A stretch of 64,000 nucleotides of DNA from Histomonas meleagridis 2922-C6/04-290x (lineage: Eukaryota > Protista > Parabasalia), in assembly GCA_020184695.1 (NCBI GenBank), contig JAANOX010000019.1, positions 1 through 64,000 of the forward strand. Reading direction: 5' to 3'. Both the position numbers and the translations under genes were made by a program. Below are positions 54,461 through 64,000 of the stretch, in pieces. How positions within the stretch are numbered: the stretch's first letter is position 1; each line of letters opens with the position of its first letter. The notes under the pieces were generated by a model. It saw nothing but the letters and a program-made list of their open reading frames with translations, was not told the DNA's origin and ran no database searches.

Positions 54461-55645
54461 TTACTCCTTTTTTTCTGCAGCAACCTTTGAGAGCTTAAGC
54501 TTTCCGAGGAACTTGTTACGTTCTTCCTTGGTTTGGAATCTTCCATGACCGAACTTGGATGCAGTATCGATCCATTTGAGGTTGATATCTTCAGTAGCGA
54601 TTCTCTTTGTGTTAGCGTTGATAGTCTTTCTGAGTGTGATAGTTCTCTTTACAGCACCGCAAACAGATCCTTTGATCATAACGAAATCATTTGTGATATT
54701 ACCATAATGAGCGAAACCACCCATTGGATTGATGGACTTCTTGGAGATATCGTATTCAGTTGAACCACTTTCATCAAGTTTTCCACCTTCAACAAGTTGG
54801 AGCTTGTAGATTCTCTTGTTCATTTCGGTTCTGTGGTGGAAACCATTATTACCAGCGCGTGCAATGGTCCAAAGGACTCTCATTGGATGCCATGGGCCAA
54901 TACAGGCGACCTTCCTACGACCACGATGTGTCTTCTTCTGAAGACGCTTGCCACCAAAACGATGGATAACACCTTCCCAGCCACGGCCTTTGCCAACGGA
55001 GATGAGGTCGATTTGTTCACCTTCGGCGAAAACGTTTCCAACATTGATTGTCTTTTCGAGAAGTTTGACGGCATAGTCAACTTTAGCAGCAACGTCACCA
55101 CCGTTGATTTGGATTTCGATGAGTTCGGCCTTACGGGAGCCAAGTTTGACAAGTTTTGGTTGGGTATGAGCGATAACACGAACAACTGAGGATTGTTCCT
55201 TGATGTCTTGGATACGCTTCTTCATGTCATCGGCCTTCTTGTCGAGTTTACCGAAGGCCTTCTTTTGCTTGGATTGAGCCCAATTCTTGTAATAGCAACG
55301 CTTCATTTCTTCACCAACAAAACTGGCCCAGGCAGTTGTAACTGGCTTGAGGCCATGAACTGTTTCTTTGTAACCGATGAGACCAACAACAACCATTGGT
55401 GGTGTTTCGATGAGTGTAACTGGTTCAACAGCTTCTTTCTTGTTAAGACGGGAACCTGCACGAACAACTTCACGAACAACGTGTGTCATACCAGCTTTGT
55501 AACCAAGGAATGCTTGAAGTTGTGGTGGCTTGGATTGATCATCCTTTGGCCATGACCTGATTCTTCCACGAACATGTGAGGCACGGCCACGTGGGAGAAA
55601 ACCAAGAGAACCACGACGTGGTGCACTGTACTTTCTGTGAGACAT
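54461..55645 (-). CDS. RPL3: 60S ribosomal protein uL3
   Basis: MSHRKYSAPRRGSLGFLPR...FLGYKAGMTH...KVACIGPWHP...SKFGHGRFQT. Confidence 0.98.
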   Translation of the reverse strand: MSHRKYSAPRRGSLGFLPRGRASHVRGRIRSWPKDDQSKPPQLQAFLGYKAGMTHVVREVVRAGSRLNKKEAVEPVTLIETPPMVVVGLIGYKETVHGLKPVTTAWASFVGEEMKRCYYKNWAQSKQKKAFGKLDKKADDMKKRIQDIKEQSSVVRVIAHTQPKLVKLGSRKAELIEIQINGGDVAAKVDYAVKLLEKTINVGNVFAEGEQIDLISVGKGRGWEGVIHRFGGKRLQKKTHRGRRKVACIGPWHPMRVLWTIARAGNNGFHHRTEMNKRIYKLQLVEGGKLDESGSTEYDISKKSINPMGGFAHYGNITNDFVMIKGSVCGAVKRTITLRKTINANTKRIATEDINLKWIDTASKFGHGRFQTKEERNKFLGKLKLSKVAAEKKE

Positions 55646-56318
55646 TGTGCAAAAGGAAAGACCAAGCCGCCCAAATTGAATACACTCTCAAATGCAGTAA
55701 CGGCCGCCGAGTAACCGTTTATTTTATAAAAAAAGTTCATTTTTATAAAAATTAAATGAGAACTCTACGTTCATAAGCTAAATCAATTTTATTTTCACAC
55801 ACAACACAAGGAAATTTATTGTGGCTCTTTACTCTACGAATTTCATTCTAATAATTTTGATTTGGTAAAATGTGAAATCATTATTAACATAAACTAAAAC
55901 AAAACAATCACTTTCTTAATATATGGATGATTTACATAGCAAATTATCATTTATTCCATCTGTATCCACAAAATATTTGATAATACCGTTTAATTATATA
56001 TAAAGGATTGTTTGTAAGTATCCCAAGATGATAGTTTCATTTCATTGATAAATCTATTGCAATTAAGTCGGATAACTAAAGCATGTTTACCAGCACAAAA
56101 TGAACCATGAAATAAATTTTGATTTCCTACATTTGGGTGAAAAACTGGCCATAAATTTTGTATGTAAACGATAGAAATTTGAATCATGAAGACACTGTTT
56201 TCTAATAAATTATTCTATCGGCTAATTACAACATCATTGGGGTGGCCTGTGTTCACCTTCTCCGACCAAATATTCCTCAAAATTCAATACACGGAATTGG
56301 TCAGTTCACTTTAGAGTG

Positions 56319-57581
56319 ATGCTTGGAAACAAACTCACACTTGCTGATCTTACATCAGAACAACTCGCTGGAAAGCGTGTTGTCATGCGTGTTGACTATA
56401 ACGTTCCATTCAACAAGGAAGGACAAATCTCAAACAATCAACGTATCACAGAAACAATCCCAACAATCAACGAAATCTTTGAAAAGGGTGCAAAGAGCAT
56501 TGTTCTTCTTTCCCACCTTGGGCGTCCAATGGGTCGTGTAGATCCAAAATCATCCCTTAAACCAGTTGCTGAACGTCTTCAAGAACTTATCAAGAAGCCA
56601 GTTCAATTCTTCAATGATTGTGTTGGTCCAGAAGTTGAGGCAGCTGTTGCTAACCCACCACAAGGTTCAATCATCCTTCTCGAAAACGTTCGTTTCCATA
56701 TTGAAGAAGAAGGCTCAGGTCTTGATGCCGAAGGTAACAAGATCAAAGCTGACAAAGCAGCTGTTGAAGAGTTCTGCAAGAAACTTACCTCATATGGTGA
56801 TGTTTACATCAACGATGCCTTTGGCACAGCCCATCGTGCACACGCTTCCATGGTTGGTGTCAAGCTTCCAATCCGTGCAGCAGGTAATCTTATCAAGCGT
56901 GAACTTGATGCATTTGTACCAATTCTTGAAAAGCCAAATCGTCCACTTCTTTCTATCCTTGGTGGCTCAAAGGTTACAGACAAGATCAAACTCATCAACA
57001 ATCTTCTTGATAAAGTTGATGAAATGATCATCACAGGTGGTATGGTTTACACATTCATGAAAGTTGGCTTCGGTGTTGAAATCGGTGACTCAATCTTCGA
57101 TGAAAAGGGTGCTGAAATCGTTCCACAACTTCTCGAAAAGGCTAAGGCTAAGAATGTCAAACTTTACCTTGCCAAAGACTTCATGTGCGGCGATGCATTC
57201 AAGCCAGACTGCAACACGAAGGTCTTCACACTCGAAGAAGGCATTGCTAAGGGTTGGTCTGGTCTCGATGCAGGACCTGCAACAATCGAATCATACAAGG
57301 AAGCAATTGCCAAGGCAAACACAATCATCTGGAACGGTCCAGCCGGTGTTTACGAATTCGAGAAGTTCCAAGTTGGTACACGTGCTATCCTTGACGCAGT
57401 TGCAGCTGCTAAAGAACGCGGTGCACTCGTTGTTATCGGTGGTGGCGATTGCGCTGCCTGCGCTATGCAATGGGGATACACTGATAAGATCAGCCACATC
57501 TCTACTGGCGGCGGTGCTTCACTCCAACTTCTCGAAGGTGGCGAAATGCCAGGACTCACAAGCCTTAGCGATAAGCAATAA
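56319..57581 (+). CDS. PGK: Phosphoglycerate kinase
   Basis: MRVDYNVP, SHLGRP, LLENVRFH, NDAFGTAHRAHAS, GGSKVTDK, GGGD, HISTGGGASL. Confidence 0.98.
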   Translation: MLGNKLTLADLTSEQLAGKRVVMRVDYNVPFNKEGQISNNQRITETIPTINEIFEKGAKSIVLLSHLGRPMGRVDPKSSLKPVAERLQELIKKPVQFFNDCVGPEVEAAVANPPQGSIILLENVRFHIEEEGSGLDAEGNKIKADKAAVEEFCKKLTSYGDVYINDAFGTAHRAHASMVGVKLPIRAAGNLIKRELDAFVPILEKPNRPLLSILGGSKVTDKIKLINNLLDKVDEMIITGGMVYTFMKVGFGVEIGDSIFDEKGAEIVPQLLEKAKAKNVKLYLAKDFMCGDAFKPDCNTKVFTLEEGIAKGWSGLDAGPATIESYKEAIAKANTIIWNGPAGVYEFEKFQVGTRAILDAVAAAKERGALVVIGGGDCAACAMQWGYTDKISHISTGGGASLQLLEGGEMPGLTSLSDKQ

Positions 57582-58174
57582 ACACTTCTTTAAAGAACAA
57601 TTTAATGGTTTACTTGAAAATAAAAGTTAAATTAACTTCATGCGATGTGTTGATTTGAATAATGCGGTCGGTTGAGTGTGAAATTCATCGTTTGTATGAA
57701 CGGAAGAAGTGTTCATATTGTTATGATAACTTTACGTAAGATTGGATTGTGTAAATTTGTACTAATTAGTAGAGTTATTATGTTTGGCGATGTCGTTAGG
57801 GAAATGACAACTACAACAATGTATAAATCTGGTCTTTGAGAATGTATATGAGTTTTTAAAAAATAGTCTTAGTGATTCATAAAACCAATCTAGAGAAGTT
57901 TGCTTTACGTTAGATTTTGATTTGGTCTTTTTCATTTTTTTCAATCAAATTTGCTCTTTCACACAAATGACGCGTGTGTGTGTCATTATTAATTTTTATG
58001 TACCACATCTCAATCAAAGTAACAAACATCAAATTTTCTTTTGTTGTTCCAATTGTTTGGAATGTACTTTGTTATCTAATATTTTATATATATCTTTTAT
58101 AATTAAATTGATTTTTAATTTAAAAAAAATAGAGAAATTTATTCAATGACTTCTTTGGAAACTAAATTACATGA

Positions 58175-59008
58175 TTACTTCTTTTGGAGTGCATCCACAA
58201 CAATGTTTGTAAGTGTCCTTTTCATATCGTTTTGTATGTCAGCTCCTTGTTCTGTTCCTTTGTAATAGCTCCAAAGTGACATAAACAACCTAAAGTGTAA
58301 ATATGTTGCTGCTCCAAGTCCTAAAGTTACGAGCAAAGAAAATATTCCAATTACGGGGTGCCCCGAAACAAATAATGAAATCATTGTAATCAAACCGCAG
58401 CTTCCACTGCTCTCAAGGCCTAATGTAAGGATGCCTTCAAATAGTATAGTGATCCCTAAGAACAAAAAGATCTTCATGTATGCGATCGTTGTCGGTGAAG
58501 AATTTTTGAGCGTATTATAGATTGTAAGAGCATCAAAATCAATGGCCATTGGTACTACAAGGAAAAAATATAACGTGGAAAGAGCTATCTTGGAACCAGG
58601 TGAGTCTGTGGCTTCGCCTGCACCAAGAAGAAATAGACAACTAAGCCAATTTAATGCAAATGAAATAAACATAACACACCATGAAAATAATGCATTGTTA
58701 ACATACTGACGGAGCTCTAATGGAACTTCTTCAATGTCAAAATGAACTAAAGGATAAAACTTTGGAAAATTAGGTGGTTCCTCAAAAGTTCCTGTTTCTT
58801 GTGCAATGCTAAGTTGTGTGGCTTGAGAATTAAGTTGGGCTTCAAGAATATTTAAGCGCTGTTCGTAAGCACGAATTTCTTCATCGTCATTTTCATCAAT
58901 TATCGGATCTGCGCCTATTGTAGTAAACTTTGTGTTCGGTCGTTCTTCTTTGATTTCTGCATCTTCTTCAAATGGTGAATAAGCATCAAGAGGGTTATTG
59001 TCGCTCAT
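58175..59008 (-). CDS. SCAMP: Secretory carrier membrane protein (SCAMP)
   Basis: Coiled coil, then PPNFPKFYPLVHFDIEEVP, then four TM segments. Confidence 0.8.
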   Translation of the reverse strand: MSDNNPLDAYSPFEEDAEIKEERPNTKFTTIGADPIIDENDDEEIRAYEQRLNILEAQLNSQATQLSIAQETGTFEEPPNFPKFYPLVHFDIEEVPLELRQYVNNALFSWCVMFISFALNWLSCLFLLGAGEATDSPGSKIALSTLYFFLVVPMAIDFDALTIYNTLKNSSPTTIAYMKIFLFLGITILFEGILTLGLESSGSCGLITMISLFVSGHPVIGIFSLLVTLGLGAATYLHFRLFMSLWSYYKGTEQGADIQNDMKRTLTNIVVDALQKK

Positions 59009-59279
59009 TTGACCAAATTCAGGCCTTTAACGTTTTTTTTTAATTGAAAATTTTGACAAATGATAAAATTGTCCAAAATTATCACTTCTTGTAGATAGTT
59101 TTTTTAATTATCCATAACTAAAATTCCAACAACCAAAAAGATTTACTTTTATCATTTTTTAATGGAAAAAAATTGTAGATTAAATCCTTAATTTTATCAA
59201 TTTTTAACAAATACACTTATCTGAAAGTCAACTAAAGTTTTAAATAAAGATACAAGTGTTTATTCATTAGCAAGAATCG

Positions 59280-59885
59280 TTAATTATCACCATTATCTTC
59301 AGGGTCGATTTTGAATCCAAAAAGTCGGACATCTGTCTGAATCATTTTTTTGTTTTTTGTTATTTCAGTATAATTTTGAAGGAATAATAATACCCAAGAA
59401 GGCCCAAAATATGCACCATCAATTGACTTGCAAAAACCTTCAGAAGGAGCATATGTTTCTTCGCAACAAGGGCAAAACATTTGGAGAGTTGCTCGATTTG
59501 GCTCTTCGTATTGACCAAACGGAAGACATTGGAATCCATTGCAATTTACACGTGGACATGTTTCAAACTCGTGGTGTTGATACTTTTTATGCATTTCTTT
59601 CAAAGCAGATGCTGTTAAAAGATACCGTGAATGAAGGAGTCCATAAAGCTTGATTGCCGAATTTTCCAGGTTAATTGGCCATTCTGCTGGTCTTGCAGGG
59701 TCTTCTTGAGCATAGTATGGGCTTCTGATCATTTCTAAAGCAAATTTATATTGTGAACCAACTTGTTGGCGTAATCCGTAAAGATTGAAACTGTCTTGAA
59801 GAAAGCTAAGTGGAATTTTAGTGAAATAACGCCCCTGGGGCTGGCTTGTGAACCAATCAACCCAAGTTCTACTGCAATGAGACAT
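59280..59885 (-). CDS. CSNK2B: Casein kinase II regulatory beta subunit
   Basis: WVDWF...FNLYGL...LYGLLHSRY...CPRVNC...LP.G...FCPCC...IDGAYFG. Confidence 0.93.
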   Translation of the reverse strand: MSHCSRTWVDWFTSQPQGRYFTKIPLSFLQDSFNLYGLRQQVGSQYKFALEMIRSPYYAQEDPARPAEWPINLENSAIKLYGLLHSRYLLTASALKEMHKKYQHHEFETCPRVNCNGFQCLPFGQYEEPNRATLQMFCPCCEETYAPSEGFCKSIDGAYFGPSWVLLFLQNYTEITKNKKMIQTDVRLFGFKIDPEDNGDN

Positions 59886-60307
59886 TGTTGCAAACGAAGG
59901 TAATTAATAAAGTACTCAATACCAAAGCAAACAAAAAATTATCGTCCTCGGTGTAAATATAACAAAATGTAAAAGTGCTAATCCACAGACTTCTCAAATG
60001 GCCAATTGAGAAAACCGAATAACCCTAAACATAAATTTTATTTCATTTTTTTACTCATTCTTATTTCTTTTTTAATAAGTAAGACACAGAAATACATTCT
60101 TATTGTTGATGCTGTTTATTCAAGGTTTCCTTACTCATTTTGAAATTGTGTTTTATACCTAATATTTTCCTCGCTAGTGCTAGTACTTTTAAGTTTCTAT
60201 TACAAAAGGGATATCTCTTGTTTCTTGATTTAAAAATTATAGAGAATCAAATAGAGTTTATAAACAAACATAGTGAAATCTGACGGTTATGGTCTTTCCT
60301 TTTCGAA

Positions 60308-60868
60308 ATGGGTGTTGATTTAGATCACCGTGTTTCCCGCAAATCAAGGAAGACTCCAAAGTCAAAAAATGTTCAATTGAACATGCTATTTAGACTTTAT
60401 AGCTATCTTGCTCAACGCACAGGCAACGATTTTAACAAAAAAATTGCACACCGCATGTGCCTCTCTAATACAAACCGCCGCCCCTACTCACTTTCCCGCC
60501 TTGCTGTTGCTCTTAACGGTAAAGAGGATGATACAATCGCTGTAGTTGTTTCAAAGATTGTTAATGATGAACGTCTTTTGGTCGTCCCTAAGATGAAAGT
60601 TGCTGCCCTCAGATTCTCAGAAACAGCCCGCGCTCGTATCCTTGCTGCTGGAGGTGAAGTTATCACATTTGATCAACTTGCACAACTTCGTCCAACAGGA
60701 GAAAAATGCCTTCTCCTTGAAGGTGATCGCAAACGCCGCGAAGCCTGCCGTCACTTCGGTGCTGCCCCTGGTGATGATAATAGCAAGACACGCCCAAAGG
60801 TTCGTGCTCATGGCCGTAAGTTCGAGATGGCTCGTGGTCGTAGGAAGTCAAGGCTCTACCACGTCTAA
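60308..60868 (+). CDS. RPL18: 60S ribosomal protein eL18
   Basis: MGVDL...PKSKNV.L.ML.RLY...RILAAGGEVITFDQLA...FEMARGRRKSR. Confidence 0.97.
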   Translation: MGVDLDHRVSRKSRKTPKSKNVQLNMLFRLYSYLAQRTGNDFNKKIAHRMCLSNTNRRPYSLSRLAVALNGKEDDTIAVVVSKIVNDERLLVVPKMKVAALRFSETARARILAAGGEVITFDQLAQLRPTGEKCLLLEGDRKRREACRHFGAAPGDDNSKTRPKVRAHGRKFEMARGRRKSRLYHV

Positions 60869-61121
60869 TAAATTTTCTTCTTATTTATGAATTTTCAATT
60901 CTTTGACTATAGTCCCCACAAAAAACGAGTCCACCCATTTATATCTATCGTTTTTGTTCAACGAAATTTCTTAGAGAATTGTGAGAGCCTTTCTTTCCGT
61001 ATTGAATTTTGATTGCGGTTCTTAATTTTGACGGTTAATTCTGATTGTCTGATCGGAAATAACTGATTGAAAATGCATGATCAGAAAAAATTATCAGTTA
61101 TAAAATTTGTTTGAGAAAATA

Positions 61122-61439
61122 ATGAAATCAAATAAAGCAAATGGAATATTAGAAATAGACCTCCTTAATGCTAAGGATCCACCACATAAAAAAATGGGGA
61201 AAAGAGAGTTCATCAAGAAATTAGTCGAAGAAAATACACAATTAAAATCAATTATCTCACAAATGGTTCAAAGCATTACAGCAATAGAAACACAGAACAA
61301 AACTTTAATGCAACAATTAAGCTTTTTTAATAACATGAATTCTCCATTAGAGAATAAAGAAAACACTTCTTTTTCATCTAATGACACTGAGACTAATTTA
61401 CAAGAAACAGAGAAAGATACATGCGATAAAAATCTTTAA
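61122..61439 (+). CDS. Small hypothetical coiled-coil protein
   Basis: Basic segment followed by heptads (LVEENTQLKSII...IETQNKTL). No firm family call. Confidence 0.4.
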   Translation: MKSNKANGILEIDLLNAKDPPHKKMGKREFIKKLVEENTQLKSIISQMVQSITAIETQNKTLMQQLSFFNNMNSPLENKENTSFSSNDTETNLQETEKDTCDKNL

Positions 61440-61828
61440 ATCTTTAAATATTTAGAATTTATGAATAAAATATACTAACACTTTTATTCTCAGTTCTATG
61501 CTTATTGGAAATTTTTAATAAAACGAAATAGAAACGTGTCTTGCACAAGTTTAAGATTTATTCTTAAGTGATTTCTTCATAAAAAGTACTTTTTGAGCGT
61601 GATCCCACAAAATTCAATTGACTTTTTGTCACTTTTATTTCAAAAATTTTATGTAATGTTTCACTTTCTAATCATATGATGCAATTTTACATCATGTTAA
61701 TTTTCAGTTGATCGACCATAGTTGAAGTGAAATGATTAATTTTTAGATAATATTGATCTGATTTTCATAATAATCGTCCTAACCGCTGAGAAGAAATTGT
61801 CAATTTTTTAGCAAAGTTTGATAAAAAT

Positions 61829-63334
61829 TCAAATCAATTTATTCATATTTGTTGGCTGCCTAACAGAAAACGCCTTTTTTTGGAGAACATTTGTATTTTC
61901 GTTATTTTTTGCAAAATGAATCTTTTTAGTTGGCTGTATAGTTTTTGTCTTTTTCTCAGCTTCTGTCTGTCTTGTAGAAGATATCTTCTTAGGTTTGATT
62001 TCGTCCATTTGAACATGTGAAAGTTGTTCAATGTATGGTTTCCCATCCCATTCGAAATCTGTTCCATGTTTTTGTTTATAATCCACCAAAAGCTGATAAA
62101 TCTTTTTTTCAAGCCTTGGAAGCACAACTTTATATCTTCTACGTGCTTTTTCTTCACGAATCAATTGCTGTGCGCATCCTCTTTCACGTGACATTAATCT
62201 GCTTGGGTCATTAGTTGCGGCTTCCATCGCATAATACTCACTAAGAATTGATTCACGCTGATTTATCGATTCAAGAATTGGATGCCATTCAACAGAAAGT
62301 TTTTTAAGCCGAATTATTTCCGATTCAAGAAAATTAAATTCCTCAACTTTCTCATTTTCAATTGATTTAGGCTCAAATCGTGGTCGAGATTCATCAGCAA
62401 TATGAAGGAGATTCCAGTATTTCTCAACTTCTCGCCTTTGAGCCGCAATTAACTCTGGAAGTTTCTCATCTCGAAGCTTAGAAAGTTTTTCGACTTCGCG
62501 ATTACATGACATAAGTACATCATCACCAAGTGTTGAATGTTCAGAAAGAAATTTCTTTCTTTCTGATTCACCAATGTTTAAAAGATCCCAAAGATGGGTT
62601 ATTGTAATTGCTACCTCAGATATTTCTTTAGTTCGTTGATCTTTCTTTTGTTTATATTTGGTTGCTAACGAACTTAACGATTCAATTATTGATTTGGAAC
62701 ATAATGTCGAATTCATGATTTGAGATTCCTCTGGACTAAGCTTTGTATCCATTTCTTTAAGCAGCTTTTTAATTCGAGATTTCAGTTTTGTGATTTCTGA
62801 AACATTTTCCTCTTTTTCCTTCTTTAATAATTCAATTTTAGATCTGAAACGATCAACTCGTTCTCGAGTAAAATCAATTTCACCAAGTTCGTAAAATTCA
62901 CCTCTTTCTTCTACAGGAATATCTAATGAATCGAAAAGTTCATTTGCAATATGAATTAGATTTTCGATTTTTTGAACTCTATCTGCTATAACATGTTGGA
63001 AATTTGTATACTCTCTTTTAGAATCTTCAAGTTGCTTTATTAAACCAGATGGTTGAATGGGAGAAAGTTGTTCATTGATATCTGTTTCTGAAATTCCAAA
63101 TGCTTTCATTGCTTGACGATGTTTACTATGAATTTCTTGAATTTCTGAACGTATTTCTTGACATTTTGTCATCAACTTTGCAATAAAATCTGAGTAAATG
63201 GCTTGAATCTTATCGGTCAAACTATCAATTTCCATTTTCTTTTGTGTTTCATCCAGTCCAAGTTCATTCCAAAGTGTTTGAACAATTGGTGCAATTCGTA
63301 AATCAAAAAGATCCTCTATGTTTGATTCAATCAT
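61829..63334 (-). CDS. PRC1: PRC1/Ase1/MAP65 microtubule cross-linker
   Basis: LWNELG, LWDLLNI, DPSRLMSR...EEK.R...LP.LE..I...Y...HG..F.WDG. Confidence 0.85.
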   Translation of the reverse strand: MIESNIEDLFDLRIAPIVQTLWNELGLDETQKKMEIDSLTDKIQAIYSDFIAKLMTKCQEIRSEIQEIHSKHRQAMKAFGISETDINEQLSPIQPSGLIKQLEDSKREYTNFQHVIADRVQKIENLIHIANELFDSLDIPVEERGEFYELGEIDFTRERVDRFRSKIELLKKEKEENVSEITKLKSRIKKLLKEMDTKLSPEESQIMNSTLCSKSIIESLSSLATKYKQKKDQRTKEISEVAITITHLWDLLNIGESERKKFLSEHSTLGDDVLMSCNREVEKLSKLRDEKLPELIAAQRREVEKYWNLLHIADESRPRFEPKSIENEKVEEFNFLESEIIRLKKLSVEWHPILESINQRESILSEYYAMEAATNDPSRLMSRERGCAQQLIREEKARRRYKVVLPRLEKKIYQLLVDYKQKHGTDFEWDGKPYIEQLSHVQMDEIKPKKISSTRQTEAEKKTKTIQPTKKIHFAKNNENTNVLQKKAFSVRQPTNMNKLI

Positions 63335-64000
63335 TTGTTTCTTTTTTTAAACGTATGAGATTTTAACGTCTTTTCTGGGTTTCCAACAGAAGGGACCGTT
63401 TAGATGGATCCAACTGAACTAATTCTTTCAACTAGTTTCATAATCTGAAAGTTTTATCGACATTGGCAAATTTATTAGGTTTGCTTGTTCTTACAGATGG
63501 TAAAGAACCCTTCCCAAGTATTTACTTGGTGGCCAATTGGAGAAAACTTTTGTCTTTTTAACATCTAATTTTTAGTAAACATTTTGTTATTTTGGGACAA
63601 CCCGTTATAAAAAGAATATGGATTATAGAAATCAATATTAATACTAGAAATTTGGGATTCTGTCCCAAATTCCAAAAATAATTAAAGGCCTACTTTCTAT
63701 GAATGATTATTCAAAGATGAGAAATTTTACAATAAACTTTATGAAATTTCATGTATACACACGTGTATACACTTCCCCAAAGAATACGAACGAAAAACAT
63801 TTAATCATCCATCATATACATGTAATGTTATCAACATTCTGGCATTTGTTTGTAGTGGATATCCACTCAAAATTGGAATTATCATTCAGAACTATGATGA
63901 AATTCGATTAAATGTTGGATTTAAGATTGTGTTATTAACTAATATAATGACAGTATCATTACACCAAGTTATATCATTTCCATTTTATATGAAGATGACA

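Noticed and set aside
54533-57630. Numerous overlapping and antisense ORFs over RPL3 and PGK (also over SCS alpha, tepsin and the His-rich repeat)
   Set aside because: Shadow ORFs caused by strong codon bias or repeats; no protein-like motifs.
61097-61115. Possible 19-nt GT-AG intron extending the 61122 ORF to ATG 61073
   Set aside because: No GTATGT-type donor or TAAC branch point, and no homology to support the extension.
63591-63670. TTTGGGA/TCCCAAA inverted repeats and a nearby GTATACAC palindrome
   Set aside because: Short stems, no TSD or partner terminus in the window; compatible with chance.
1-64000. tRNA, rRNA and CRISPR arrays
   Set aside because: None recognisable by eye. A covariance-model search would be needed to exclude small ncRNAs.

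Overview
AT-rich, gene-dense eukaryotic DNA from a parabasalid (trichomonad; species not determinable from sequence alone). Supporting evidence: TCACTT/TCATTT initiators next to ATGs, CCTTT elements before all three ribosomal-protein genes, a hydrogenosomal succinyl-CoA synthetase with a presequence, 23-24 nt spliceosomal introns, and BspA and DUF3447/ankyrin families. The window holds about 30 ordinary genes (tepsin, PP2A A and B55, TCTP, Rab1, Rad51, CAMK kinase, WAVE-like, syntaxin, RPL3/18/19, PGK, SCAMP, CK2 beta, MAP65 and others), two hAT transposons, two MITE-like elements and several decayed fragments. The main finding is that all four ankyrin loci that retain a repeat linker are interrupted by U-rich, non-GT-AG inserts of almost invariant 17 nt. 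These are usually stacked 2-4 in a row and separated by single codons, always in the D-x-x-G-x-T beta-hairpin linker. I counted 42 such modules by hand. Removing them gives complete in-frame ankyrin proteins at two loci (28102-30270 and 34854-36068), with consensus linkers such as NAKD-N-R-G-M-TPL and VTDS-A-G-Y-TAIH. This points to a recoding system (iterated 17-nt ribosomal hops or non-spliceosomal RNA excision). I do not know of a published description but could not search the literature, and the mechanism is inference.
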